Origin: Candidatus Omnitrophota bacterium
Lineage (GTDB): Bacteria > Omnitrophota > Gorgyraeia > Duberdicusellales > 4484-171
Length of the DNA: 64,000 bases
Reading direction: 5' to 3'
Assembly (NCBI GenBank): GCA_043823745.1
Contig: JBDRAN010000005.1
Location: 4,459 to 68,458 of the forward strand
The notes under the pieces were generated by a model. It saw only the letters and a list, made by a program, of their open reading frames with translations. It searched no databases and was not told the origin of the DNA. The position numbers and the translations under genes were made by a program. Each line of letters starts with the position of its first letter. Positions within the stretch are counted from its first letter, which is position 1. This document shows, one piece after another, positions 40,913 to 49,776 of this stretch.

Positions 40913-41533
40913 TTAAACGTGCGTCAGAAACGGGTTGTGATCCCTCTCGTGCGCGACTGTCGTGGACGACCCATGCCCGGGATAGATCAGTGTCTCACCC
41001 GGTAAGGTCAACACCCGGTTTTTAATCGAATGCAGTAATGTTTTTTGTGAAGCTAACGGAATATCAGTTCTTCCGATAGCATCGCAAAATATGGCATCGC
41101 CGCTAAAAAGCCATGCGCCGAGTTTAAGCGACACCGAACCCGGGGTATGTCCCGGCGTAGGAATAATTTCTAGGGTATGTTTTCCGAACACTATCGGTTT
41201 ATTAGAATACAGGAGAGGTTTTTTTGTTATGGTTACCAGCTCATCGAAATACAAAGAGCCGTTCAGCCGCTCATCCATTAAAAATGGCACATCGAGAGGA
41301 TGCATAGAGAAAGGGTATTTGAGACTATCCAGGCCGGCGATATGATCAAAATGGCCATGAGTGATAGCAACAAAAAGAATATCGATCTCGCGTTGCCGGG
41401 AAAACCGGCTCACTTCCTCGACACCACAGGGAGCATCGACAATAAATCCTTTTTTCTGAGTGGGGTCAAAAACAAGATAAGAATTGGTGCAGAGGTTTCC
41501 GAGGGAAAAAACTTCGAGCTTTAATTCATCCAT
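40913..41533 (-). CDS. MBL-fold hydrolase (glyoxalase II-like)
   Basis: THGHFDH, TPGHTPG, PGHG. Confidence 0.92.
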   Translation of the reverse strand: MDELKLEVFSLGNLCTNSYLVFDPTQKKGFIVDAPCGVEEVSRFSRQREIDILFVAITHGHFDHIAGLDSLKYPFSMHPLDVPFLMDERLNGSLYFDELVTITKKPLLYSNKPIVFGKHTLEIIPTPGHTPGSVSLKLGAWLFSGDAIFCDAIGRTDIPLASQKTLLHSIKNRVLTLPGETLIYPGHGSSTTVAHERDHNPFLTHV

Positions 41534-42006
41534 TGCTCGGCATCGCTGTATTTAAAATCTGCTTCGAACTGCCTGCGAAACTTCTCTATTTTCGCGACAA
41601 TGGAATTACGCTTCATGTCACTGGGGTTGGGGTTGGTCTCAATATCCTGTTTAATGATACGCAAATCCTCATACAACGGATACGCGTTCTCTTTACCCTC
41701 GGCGTTAAAAAAAGAGATGATCTGCTCAAAATTCATAAGGGCTTCATTCACGCCACGCTTGGCCCGCTTAAAGCTCTCTCCATGTTTTAAGGTTTCACCA
41801 AGCTCTCCGAGCCACCCTTTCACAAAAAGAAAATAATCGTTATACGCTTCCCTTGAAGGCTTTGTCGGATAGCTCTTAAAATCAACATATACCGGCGTTT
41901 CCTCTACATACTTTTTCTTACGGATAAACTTCTTACGCAATGCATAGCACCCTTGGGTGCTCATCAATGCCGCCAATAGTAGGAAAATCGTAATTTTTCG
42001 TATCAT
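41521..42006 (-). CDS. Hypothetical lipoprotein
   Basis: Signal peptide ending in TQGC. Confidence 0.7.
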   Translation of the reverse strand: MIRKITIFLLLAALMSTQGCYALRKKFIRKKKYVEETPVYVDFKSYPTKPSREAYNDYFLFVKGWLGELGETLKHGESFKRAKRGVNEALMNFEQIISFFNAEGKENAYPLYEDLRIIKQDIETNPNPSDMKRNSIVAKIEKFRRQFEADFKYSDAEQWMN

Positions 42007-42131
42007 AGGATACTCTTCTCCTTTAAGAATTGAAATATTATTATACCACGCATCAGCAAAAAAGCTATATCTATTATAGCTTTATATTTACCAGATGCCA
42101 TACATCAACTTCTCAAAAACGGTTAGAAAAC

Positions 42132-42893
42132 TTAACCTTTATATCCGCGATAATTAACCTTCACCAGGTACAATCCTCCTGCGGGCGCGGGCTCATTCCG
42201 ATATGGAACCGTACGCGCAAGGATCGCCTCGGCTTGCTCCAGACTTAAGATACCGGAGCCGACCTTCACTAAAAATCCAACAATATTACGCACCATAAAA
42301 CGCAGGAAACCATTCGCTTCGATATCAACATACAGAAAGCTGCCCCTCTTGATAACGCGCACCCCTTTCACCTCTCTTGCGCAATCATGATAGGTATGCG
42401 CCTCCTTCGCAAAGAGCGAAAAATCATGTTTGCCGATAAGACGTTTTGCCACATCCGCCATCGCGCGGCGGTTAAGTGGTTTTACTGTATGCCAGGCACG
42501 ATCAACCCAAAACACCGAAGGCTCTTTACCGTTTAAAATAATATACCGGTATATTTTCGAATGCGCGGCAAACCGCGCGTGGAAATCAAGCGGCATAAAA
42601 CGGGCACTTTTGACCCTGATATCCGCCGGCAGGAAAGTATTAAGCGCCCTCTTAATGTTAGACAAAGGGATTTTTGTATCAACAATAAAATTTGCCGCCT
42701 GAGCCTGAGCATGCACCCCTCTATCGGTGCGCGAGGCAGAGGTAAGCGCAACGCGCTTTTTAAAAAGCTTTTTGAGCGCCTGCTCCAGCTTCTGTTGAAC
42801 GGCAATCTCGCGCTTTCCCGACTTATTCTGGATTTGAAAGCCAAAATAGCGCGTTCCAACGTATTCAATAGTAAGAAGAATGTTTTTTTGCAT
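42132..42893 (-). CDS. truA: tRNA pseudouridine38-40 synthase
   Basis: SRTDRGVHA, FHARF, GFLRFMVR. Confidence 0.95.
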   Translation of the reverse strand: MQKNILLTIEYVGTRYFGFQIQNKSGKREIAVQQKLEQALKKLFKKRVALTSASRTDRGVHAQAQAANFIVDTKIPLSNIKRALNTFLPADIRVKSARFMPLDFHARFAAHSKIYRYIILNGKEPSVFWVDRAWHTVKPLNRRAMADVAKRLIGKHDFSLFAKEAHTYHDCAREVKGVRVIKRGSFLYVDIEANGFLRFMVRNIVGFLVKVGSGILSLEQAEAILARTVPYRNEPAPAGGLYLVKVNYRGYKG

Positions 42894-42987
42894 AGTAATC
42901 GCTCTCAATTGCCAGATTCTCTATATTCCATGTATTCCGTATTTTGTGATATTATAGGGTAAATATGGTGCGATTCAAGAATTTTCA

Positions 42988-43016
42988 TTGTTTCCAAGCA
43001 GAAACTTCAGTATAAT
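42988..43016 (+). promoter_or_regulatory. Candidate Pc-like promoter facing the cassette array
   Basis: TTGTTT-17 bp-TATAAT. Confidence 0.55.
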
Positions 43017-43067
43017 TAACATGAATAGTTTTAGGCTTAAAGCAAACACGGATTCCGTATATTAATT

Positions 43068-43074
43068 GTTAGGT
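43068..43074 (+). other. First-cassette recombination point (candidate attI core GTTAGGT)
   Basis: Exact reverse complement of ACCTAAC at 43423; no attC palindrome upstream. Confidence 0.7.
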
Positions 43075-43098
43075 TAATAAGCAGAAATAAAAAATGCT

Positions 43099-43428
43099 AT
43101 GAAAAAATCAGGTTTCAATCGGAGACAGAAAATTACCATAGGCATAATTATAGCTCTTCTATTGCTCGTTATTATTTTTCCACCTCAAGTAATTGTGAAC
43201 GCCGGAAAAAAATGGTCGGGACCGTCATGGAGACCAATTTTCTACGTGGGACAAGTTTTTCACGATTTAGATAGACTTGATGGGCAAGAGGCACGGGGAT
43301 TTAAAGTCTCTGAAGATAGGGAATTTCGCGTTGAATTAGCCTGGTCGGTACTTTTTCTTGAATTATTTAGCATCCTTTTGATTGGTGGAATATTGACTCG
43401 TAGTTTTAAATCAAAGAATAAAACCTAA
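43099..43428 (+). CDS. Cassette 1: two-TM hypothetical protein
   Basis: Stop codon TAA lies within the attC R'' core. Confidence 0.8.
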   Translation: MKKSGFNRRQKITIGIIIALLLLVIIFPPQVIVNAGKKWSGPSWRPIFYVGQVFHDLDRLDGQEARGFKVSEDREFRVELAWSVLFLELFSILLIGGILTRSFKSKNKT

Positions 43429-43497
43429 CAACTTCATCCAGCCGACCCAACTCGCCCCTATCGGGGCTTCGTCGTGCGGCTGATGTCGGTGTTATGT
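43423..43497 (+). repeat. attC site 1 (75 bp)
   Basis: ACCTAAC...ATCCAGCC...GGCTGAT...GTTATGT with an extrahelical C in L''. Confidence 0.92.
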
Positions 43498-43525
43498 GAA
43501 AATAAAAATAAATAAGGAGGTGCGT

Positions 43526-43903
43526 ATGCGTATCTTGGGGAATATCGTATGGATGATACTCGGTGGAATATTAATATTTTTATACTATTGTCTTGGATGT
43601 ATTGTTCTCTGTATAACAATTATCGGAATACCATTTGGTATTCAATGTTTTAAAATGGCGACTCTAGCTCTGATGCCTTTCGGAAAAGAAGTAAAAAATG
43701 AAGAGAAAAGCACAGGCGCTATACCAACTATAATGAATGTTCTCTGGTTGCTCTTTTTTGGAGTTGAAATAGCAATTGTTCACTTATTTTTTGCCTTAAT
43801 ATTCGTCATTACAATAATTGGGATACCATTTGCTAAACAACATATGAAACTTGCAGCATTAGCGTTAACGCCCTTCGGGAAAGAAATAATAAAAATCACA
43901 TAA
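43526..43903 (+). CDS. Cassette 2: YccF-domain inner membrane protein
   Basis: Duplicated ITIIGIPF...PFGK motif; AGGAGG RBS. Confidence 0.9.
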   Translation: MRILGNIVWMILGGILIFLYYCLGCIVLCITIIGIPFGIQCFKMATLALMPFGKEVKNEEKSTGAIPTIMNVLWLLFFGVEIAIVHLFFALIFVITIIGIPFAKQHMKLAALALTPFGKEIIKIT

Positions 43904-43974
43904 CAAAGCAATCCAGCCGACCTTACCTCCGCCCTATCGGGCTTCGGCAAGGCGGCTGATTTCGAGTGTTATAT
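43898..43974 (+). repeat. attC site 2 (77 bp)
   Basis: ACATAAC...ATCCAGCC...GGCTGAT...GTTATAT. Confidence 0.92.
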
Positions 43975-43997
43975 GAGAAAAATAAAAAGGAAAATCA

Positions 43998-44444
43998 ATG
44001 AAAAAGACCTTTATTTTATGTTTAACAATATTATTTTTTACAAATTTTTCTTACGCTGAAACAGAATATGAAAAAGGAGGTATCATTGTTGGTATTATTA
44101 GCAAAAAACAGCCAATCGCAATCGGTGAACAAATCTGTTCGGATACGGTAACGTGGGGAATAATTAAAAATGGGGAATTTATAGGAAACAATAGCGAAGA
44201 GAATGTTGAGATATATACATATGAGGGAATAGAAGATAATGAGGTAATAATGTCTACTAGAGGAAGATCATATGGTTATCTTAAATTACCATTAAATAAA
44301 GATAATCAAGCAATATGGCATGTTTCCTCTGAGGCGGACTTTATCATTTCTGTTATAGATAAAGAAAAAAACATAACAGTTAAATTGACAAATGGTTTGG
44401 ACAGCTGGAAAAGCATATTCTATGAAAAGGATTTAGGGAGCTAA
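43998..44444 (+). CDS. Cassette 3: secreted hypothetical protein
   Basis: Sec signal peptide MKKTFIL...SYA. Confidence 0.8.
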   Translation: MKKTFILCLTILFFTNFSYAETEYEKGGIIVGIISKKQPIAIGEQICSDTVTWGIIKNGEFIGNNSEENVEIYTYEGIEDNEVIMSTRGRSYGYLKLPLNKDNQAIWHVSSEADFIISVIDKEKNITVKLTNGLDSWKSIFYEKDLGS

Positions 44445-44499
44445 TACAAAACAACCAATCCCAAAGTAAAAGAACAATTTAAAGAATGAATAAAAAACC

Positions 44500-44574
44500 A
44501 TATAACAAGTCAATCCACCTGACCCTCGAAGCGCGTTAAGCGCGCCTCTCGGGCAGGTGATTTTTATGTTAGAT
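44500..44574 (+). repeat. attC site 3 (75 bp)
   Basis: ATATAAC...ATCCACCT...AGGTGAT...GTTAGAT. Confidence 0.92.
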
Positions 44575-44593
44575 GGAAAAAATAAAAATATAA

Positions 44594-45247
44594 ATGAAAT
44601 CAATTAATACTATTTTAAAAATTGCCAGTGTTATTGTAATCGGTTTTCTATCTGAAATGCTTAGTAAATTTATTATTCTTTACTGCTCCTACCATTTATA
44701 GCTATAATTCAGTAGGCAGGCTAAGCGGGATGGGTTCGATATATCTGCTTCTGTTAGTTTTTCTTTACAGCAGTTTCACCTGTGCCATTTTTTTATTTAG
44801 GAAGGAAAAAATAAAACTTACTCTCCTATCCTAATTGTTGGCGGGTTTTTGTTGTCTGGTATGATATTTTTAGCTATGCCTGGCAAATCCTTAAAATTTC
44901 CTCATAATGCACCCATGGATGAACGTAATAATTGGGCTTTACACAACCTTAACCCATATTATTCGATAGCCGTTGAAAAAATAAAAAGCCGAGAGGCTAT
45001 ATTGAACGATGTGGGAGAAAATATAAAAATTGCTCCTAGCCCGTATTCCAATAATGGCATGTATGATGGCATAGTAGAATTTACCTTTGACATTGAAGGA
45101 AACAAAGGGCGGGGACAATGCGAAATAGCATATAGACACTATGGTTCAAAACCACACCATTGGTATAAAATAAAATGGAATTTTAATGGAGAAAGCAAAT
45201 TTTTAATAGGTCAAAATAATTATATTTTTAATCCTGTCGAACAGTAA
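44594..45247 (+). pseudogene. Cassette 4: frameshifted membrane protein with a Coa1-like C-terminal domain
   Basis: ATG 44594 frame stops after 35 aa; hydrophobic sequence continues in a second frame and then in the 44849-45247 frame (VGENIK...FDIEGNKGRG). Confidence 0.6.
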
Positions 45248-45277
45248 TATTGAAAATTATTTGTATGCAACAAAAAC

Positions 45278-45352
45278 ATCTAACAACTCACTCCACCGGA
45301 TCCAATGAGCGGCTTTTCAAGCGTTCATCGTGCCGCTGATACGGTGTTAGAT
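45278..45352 (+). repeat. attC site 4 (75 bp)
   Basis: ATCTAAC...CTCCACCG...CGCTGAT...GTTAGAT; L boxes partly mismatched. Confidence 0.85.
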
Positions 45353-45361
45353 TATAAGGAA

Positions 45362-45967
45362 ATGAAAGCATTGGATTTAAAAAAATTCCTGGAAGATGCC
45401 CCTTTCCCAAAAAGAGAGATATTCCTCCACGGACTACACTGGCAACCCTCAAGTGATAGCTTGCCAATGGAATTAAAGATAAACAATGCAGCGCAAACAA
45501 CCGTTGGGCTATTTTTTCTACCTTTATCTTTGGCTCTTTTTCTCTTGGGAATACCCCTTATATTTTGGGCTAACGAAATGGGTTTTATAGCTATTATAAT
45601 ATCTTTAGTGCTTATGGCCCTTGGCGCTATGGGCATAAAATACTCAATAGAACAAATTTTCAAAAGGGAAAAATTAATTATATCGCACAGTTATGTAGAG
45701 CTTATAAGTACAATGTTTCGATCAAACAAGAGCTGGAAAGAACCTCTTGAAAAATACAAAGGTGTTCTGGGATACAAACAGCGCTCCTGTACGGTGCAAG
45801 GAATCTATATGCCGGGGGTCTGGTGCATTATACTTTTACACCCCGAGCATGATAAGTCTGTATTACTGTACTTACACAATTCTGAAGAAAAAGACTCTAC
45901 ATTCGAGACTAAGCTTCAACGTTTCTCAAAATTATTAAAGAAAGGAATTATCCGGGAGGGTGCATGA
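45362..45967 (+). CDS. Cassette 5 gene A: two-TM hypothetical protein
   Basis: Start moved downstream of attC4 (AAGGA-ATG). Confidence 0.75.
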   Translation: MKALDLKKFLEDAPFPKREIFLHGLHWQPSSDSLPMELKINNAAQTTVGLFFLPLSLALFLLGIPLIFWANEMGFIAIIISLVLMALGAMGIKYSIEQIFKREKLIISHSYVELISTMFRSNKSWKEPLEKYKGVLGYKQRSCTVQGIYMPGVWCIILLHPEHDKSVLLYLHNSEEKDSTFETKLQRFSKLLKKGIIREGA

Positions 45968-46695
45968 AAAAATTATATTTCTTGCTTGGGGTCATTGTCG
46001 TGGGTATTTTTTTTAATGTTCCTACAACGTACGGCGAAGGCTTCCTTGATAAAACAATCGATTACCTTAAAAATAAAAGAATTGATGCTCTGGAACAACA
46101 AGCACGCAGTGTGGTACGAATAATTATCCGTGGCATAGAAGGCTATACCGATGATCATGGTGGTGCCTGCCCTCAAAGCGTAGAAGAGCTCACGAAAGGA
46201 AATCCACCCTACCTTACTCCCGGGATCCTTAGCCTCGCAACCGAAAAATATATATATTCGATCGAATCCGGACAAAATAGTTGTAAGGTTTTGAGGGTAC
46301 CAAAAGAATGCGGCAAGACAGGCAATTTGATTTTTTCAATGGAAATCATGAAAGGTGAGAATCCGTGTGGGGCGGGTATACAGCCCCTAAAAAGAAGTGA
46401 GATGATGGCTCAAATGGATCTAAGCATGTTCAGCTCTGTAATTGACGAGTACATTTCAAATAATAATGGTGCCTATCCGTTAGAAGAAAATAATCTTAAG
46501 CAGGCACTTGATGTTTCGAAGTTTCCGGGGTCGGATAGGATTTTTGATGATAATGGTAAAGGTGGGTACACGTATACAGTCGAGTATAGATCAAACGGAT
46601 ATAAAATAACCGCATTGCCTACGGAGTGTGGCAAAACCGGTACCAGGATATTTACAGAGGAAATCGTTGAATTAATACAGCAGTGTAAACAATAA
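45964..46695 (+). CDS. Cassette 5 gene B: secreted protein with two tandem pilin-like globular domains
   Basis: Internal duplication PKECGKTGNLIF / PTECGKTGTRIF; ATGA overlap with gene A. Confidence 0.65.
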   Translation: MKKLYFLLGVIVVGIFFNVPTTYGEGFLDKTIDYLKNKRIDALEQQARSVVRIIIRGIEGYTDDHGGACPQSVEELTKGNPPYLTPGILSLATEKYIYSIESGQNSCKVLRVPKECGKTGNLIFSMEIMKGENPCGAGIQPLKRSEMMAQMDLSMFSSVIDEYISNNNGAYPLEENNLKQALDVSKFPGSDRIFDDNGKGGYTYTVEYRSNGYKITALPTECGKTGTRIFTEEIVELIQQCKQ

Positions 46696-46712
46696 TTGGT
46701 TAAGACGACACC

Positions 46713-46765
46713 CTCTGACAACGATACCCAGCGGGCCTAAAACCGCCGGCTGATTGAGCATATCA
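46713..46765 (+). repeat. Degenerate attC site 5
   Basis: CTCTGAC (expected ATCTAAC)...CCCAGC...GGCTGAT; no intact GTT core. Confidence 0.55.
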
Positions 46766-46999
46766 AAGTATTGGGCCGTCGAATCCTTGTAATGACAAGA
46801 AAATGTTCCACATTTTCGATAATGTATGGATTCGACATAATTCAACCGGCTATTCTTTGTGCCCCTGCGGCTGCAAAGAATGAGGTTTCATTAACTGATT
46901 TTTTGCATTAAACTAAAAAAAATGAAAAAAAATAAAACTATCGTAACAGTAATCTTGCTGCCAATACTCAATACTATTTATTTGTAATAAAGGAGAAAT

Positions 47000-47884
47000 G
47001 TGTTCAGCCTCATTGCGCTTGTTAAGGAACGCCCTCGCTTATACATCTTTTTAAAGATCACCGGATTACTATATATTCATAGGTATCTCCGAGATTTCTA
47101 TCATCTTTTAAGATACGGCAGAAAAAAGGAAATTATTATCAATGGGATGTCATTTATGTTTCCCATTATGGATAACGCTACACGAAATTTCTTTTTTGAT
47201 CCTTGTTGGCTTGGGGAAATTTGGGAAAAGGATGTTGTCCACCATTTCATTAAAAACTTAGAGGGATGCTCGTGCTTTATCGATATTGGAGCTCATGTTG
47301 GCTTTTATTCTCTTATCGCCGCAAAGATAATTGCCCCGCGAGGCGGGGTAGTACATGCTGTAGAAATGGATCTTGATAATATTACCCGGCTAAAATCGGC
47401 TATTCGGCTTAACAACCTGAATAATATCACCGTTCACCATGCAGCTATCGGAGATCACCAAGGGGAAGTGGAGTATTCTTGTTGCGGTGCCGAATGTAAT
47501 ACATTAAACATAGGAAGTGATAAGAGGGTTTATACTAAACGATCCGTTCAAATGATAACCTTGGATAATCTTGTCGCTACAGAACGGCTCAATCCAGATA
47601 TAATAAAAATTGACGTAGAAGGTGCTGAATATTTAGTCTTACTCGGAATGAGAAAAGCACTCCGCTTAAACAACCTTAAAATCTATTGTGAGGCTCATCT
47701 ACATCAAGACAGAGGAAGTTTATCCTCTTTCGGGCATTCTCCGAAAGATGTAGTGCAGGTATTAAAAGAATATAGTTACACAATTGAGCAAATAGGCCTA
47801 AAACAAGGCAGTAAGATAAAACAAGGCATTATCCATGATCTTCAGGACACAAAAGAAAATGTAATGCTTTTTATACATAGGTAA
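47000..47884 (+). CDS. FkbM family methyltransferase
   Basis: DIGAHVG and KIDVEGAE; no attC downstream. Confidence 0.92.
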   Translation: MFSLIALVKERPRLYIFLKITGLLYIHRYLRDFYHLLRYGRKKEIIINGMSFMFPIMDNATRNFFFDPCWLGEIWEKDVVHHFIKNLEGCSCFIDIGAHVGFYSLIAAKIIAPRGGVVHAVEMDLDNITRLKSAIRLNNLNNITVHHAAIGDHQGEVEYSCCGAECNTLNIGSDKRVYTKRSVQMITLDNLVATERLNPDIIKIDVEGAEYLVLLGMRKALRLNNLKIYCEAHLHQDRGSLSSFGHSPKDVVQVLKEYSYTIEQIGLKQGSKIKQGIIHDLQDTKENVMLFIHR

Positions 47885-47922
47885 GTTGAGACGAAGCTTA
47901 TAGAGCAAAAGTTGGTTTTTAA

Positions 47923-49002
47923 CTATCGAGCGATGAGACACTCGGCAATCTGCACCGCGTTAAGTGCCGCGCCCTTTAGGAGATTATCCGCCACCACCCA
48001 CAGCCACATTCCGTTTTTAACAAACGGGTCTCTCCTGATACGCCCCACAAAAACCTCACCCTTACCCTCGACATCCTTAGGCATCGGATAAAGGTTCTTT
48101 GCCGGATCGTCAACGAGAATGATGCCGGGCGCGCGGGCCAGGAGGGCCTTAACTTTGGCGGGCTCCATGGGCTTTTTGGTTTCAATATAAATCGATTCAG
48201 AATGCCCGGTACGCACCGGAACACGCACCGTGGTAGCGGAAATCTTAATTTTGTTATCATGCATTATCTTATGTGTCTCGTTAACCAGCTTCCACTCCTC
48301 CGAGGTATAATCACAATCGCTAAACCCACCGATCTGAGGAAAAACATTATAGGCCAGCTGCTGGGGCATGGAGCGCTCGGCCACTGCTTGGATACTCTTG
48401 TATCCGCCGGCGGTAATCGAGGATGTTTCCTCGTTTAGCTGCTCAACCGCTGATTTTCCCGCGCCGCTTGAAGCCTGCAGGGTTGTCACAATAACGCGCT
48501 TAATACCCGCTTTTTTATATATAGGCCAGAGCGCGACTACCATCTGAATCGTTGAACAATTAGGGTTAGCGATAATTCCTTTATGCTTCTTTACCCCGTT
48601 AGAAATACCCGATGAACGGTGAAGGAACCAATTTCTAACGGGGTTAATATCCGAAGCATTTACTTCAGGAACGACCAACGGAACACCGGGCTGCATACGA
48701 AAATCAGCACCATTGTCAATAACAACCGCGCCCCGCTTGACCGCTTCATGCGCATAGGTTGCGGCTGCGCCCTTTTCCCCTTCGGTGCCGGCGAAAAGCG
48801 CTATATCGATACCATTAAAGCCTTGGGCTGATATAGCCTCGACCTTATATGATCGTCCGTCAACTTCTATCGCACGCGCCGAACGCGCGAAAACGCGCAA
48901 CGTCTCTACCGGAAAGTTAGATGCCCGCAGGCACCGCAACATCTCAATACCGACAACGCCCACACCCACCACACACACATTGTATTTAGTTTTTTTCTTC
49001 AT
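47923..49002 (-). CDS. asd: Aspartate-semialdehyde dehydrogenase with an in-frame palindromic insertion
   Basis: ANPNCST, SGAG, RVPV...GHSE, DNLLKGAA. Confidence 0.95.
   Translation of the reverse strand: MKKKTKYNVCVVGVGVVGIEMLRCLRASNFPVETLRVFARSARAIEVDGRSYKVEAISAQGFNGIDIALFAGTEGEKGAAATYAHEAVKRGAVVIDNGADFRMQPGVPLVVPEVNASDINPVRNWFLHRSSGISNGVKKHKGIIANPNCSTIQMVVALWPIYKKAGIKRVIVTTLQASSGAGKSAVEQLNEETSSITAGGYKSIQAVAERSMPQQLAYNVFPQIGGFSDCDYTSEEWKLVNETHKIMHDNKIKISATTVRVPVRTGHSESIYIETKKPMEPAKVKALLARAPGIILVDDPAKNLYPMPKDVEGKGEVFVGRIRRDPFVKNGMWLWVVADNLLKGAALNAVQIAECLIAR
48593..48644. repeat. Palindromic element inside asd
   Basis: ACCCCGTTAGAAAT - 24 nt - ATTTCTAACGGGGT, a perfect 14-bp inverted repeat. 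Confidence 0.9.
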
Positions 49003-49051
49003 CGCGCTCCTTACCGTAATACCATTATCGCGGTTGTATGACGCCTTTACT

Positions 49052-49726
49052 TTACCGCACGCTCATCTTAAATTTCTCAGCATCAGCGAACATAGAGTTT
49101 GCAAAGAGAGTACGCATCTCCTCCTTATTAAAACGGGAAATAAAGAGCTTAAAAGTCTCGATCAACTCTTTAGCGCCAAACCCATACTCGATAAACTCGA
49201 GTTGCAACCCCGCAACGTGCCTGGTGTCCAACGTATTATTACGAACAAGGTCTTCTATGCGACCGCGAACATCCGCGGCGTTACCTTCTTTATCAAAAAT
49301 AAAAAAGCAGCGGGTATTTTCGCTATCGATACGATCAAGGATGTCAGGAATGGTGCGTAACTTCGCGTCAATAAACGGCCAAAACGTAATCGCACTGCCT
49401 TTATGAAAACCAAAAAGCTTTTTGGCTGGCTTCTCGTAGTGCAATGTACTTGAGGCCGGGATATACTGGCGCGCGCGCTCCAATTTCTCTTCCGGTATGC
49501 CGTCAAGGGTGGTTATCGGAAACGATGAAACCATAAAACACATATCACCCTCGCCCTTGGCATTCTTGATCAACTCAGCAAGATACCCTTCACGATAAAA
49601 GGTGCGCAGGTCGAAAGTAATATTAATGACCCCCATCACCGATTCTTCAAATGTGATATCAAAAATCAGATATTCCCACCACGGAACTCTACTCTTGATA
49701 ATATTAAGAGAATATTTCGTCGCCAT
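49052..49726 (-). CDS. Hypothetical protein
   Basis: 224-aa ORF co-oriented between leuB and asd; no motif recognised. Confidence 0.65.
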   Translation of the reverse strand: MATKYSLNIIKSRVPWWEYLIFDITFEESVMGVINITFDLRTFYREGYLAELIKNAKGEGDMCFMVSSFPITTLDGIPEEKLERARQYIPASSTLHYEKPAKKLFGFHKGSAITFWPFIDAKLRTIPDILDRIDSENTRCFFIFDKEGNAADVRGRIEDLVRNNTLDTRHVAGLQLEFIEYGFGAKELIETFKLFISRFNKEEMRTLFANSMFADAEKFKMSVR

Positions 49727-49776
49727 AGTTTTTACGTAAGTGGGTACCCACGGATGCGCCGTGACATTTTTTGCAT

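Larger units (their letters stand above)
43068..46765 (+). mobile_element. Integron gene-cassette array without adjacent integrase (CALIN), five cassettes
   Basis: Four intact attC sites and one eroded one separating co-oriented AT-rich ORFs; each cassette's leading GTTRRRY is the reverse complement of its own trailing RYYYAAC-type core. Confidence 0.92.

Noticed and set aside
43423-45352. attC repeats read as CRISPR repeats or plain terminators
   Set aside because: They are separated by whole genes, lack U-tracts, and have R/L boxes with extrahelical bases.
45305-45361. N-terminal extension of the 220-aa ORF
   Set aside because: It lies inside attC4; the real start is likely 45362. The same applies to 43496 versus 43526.
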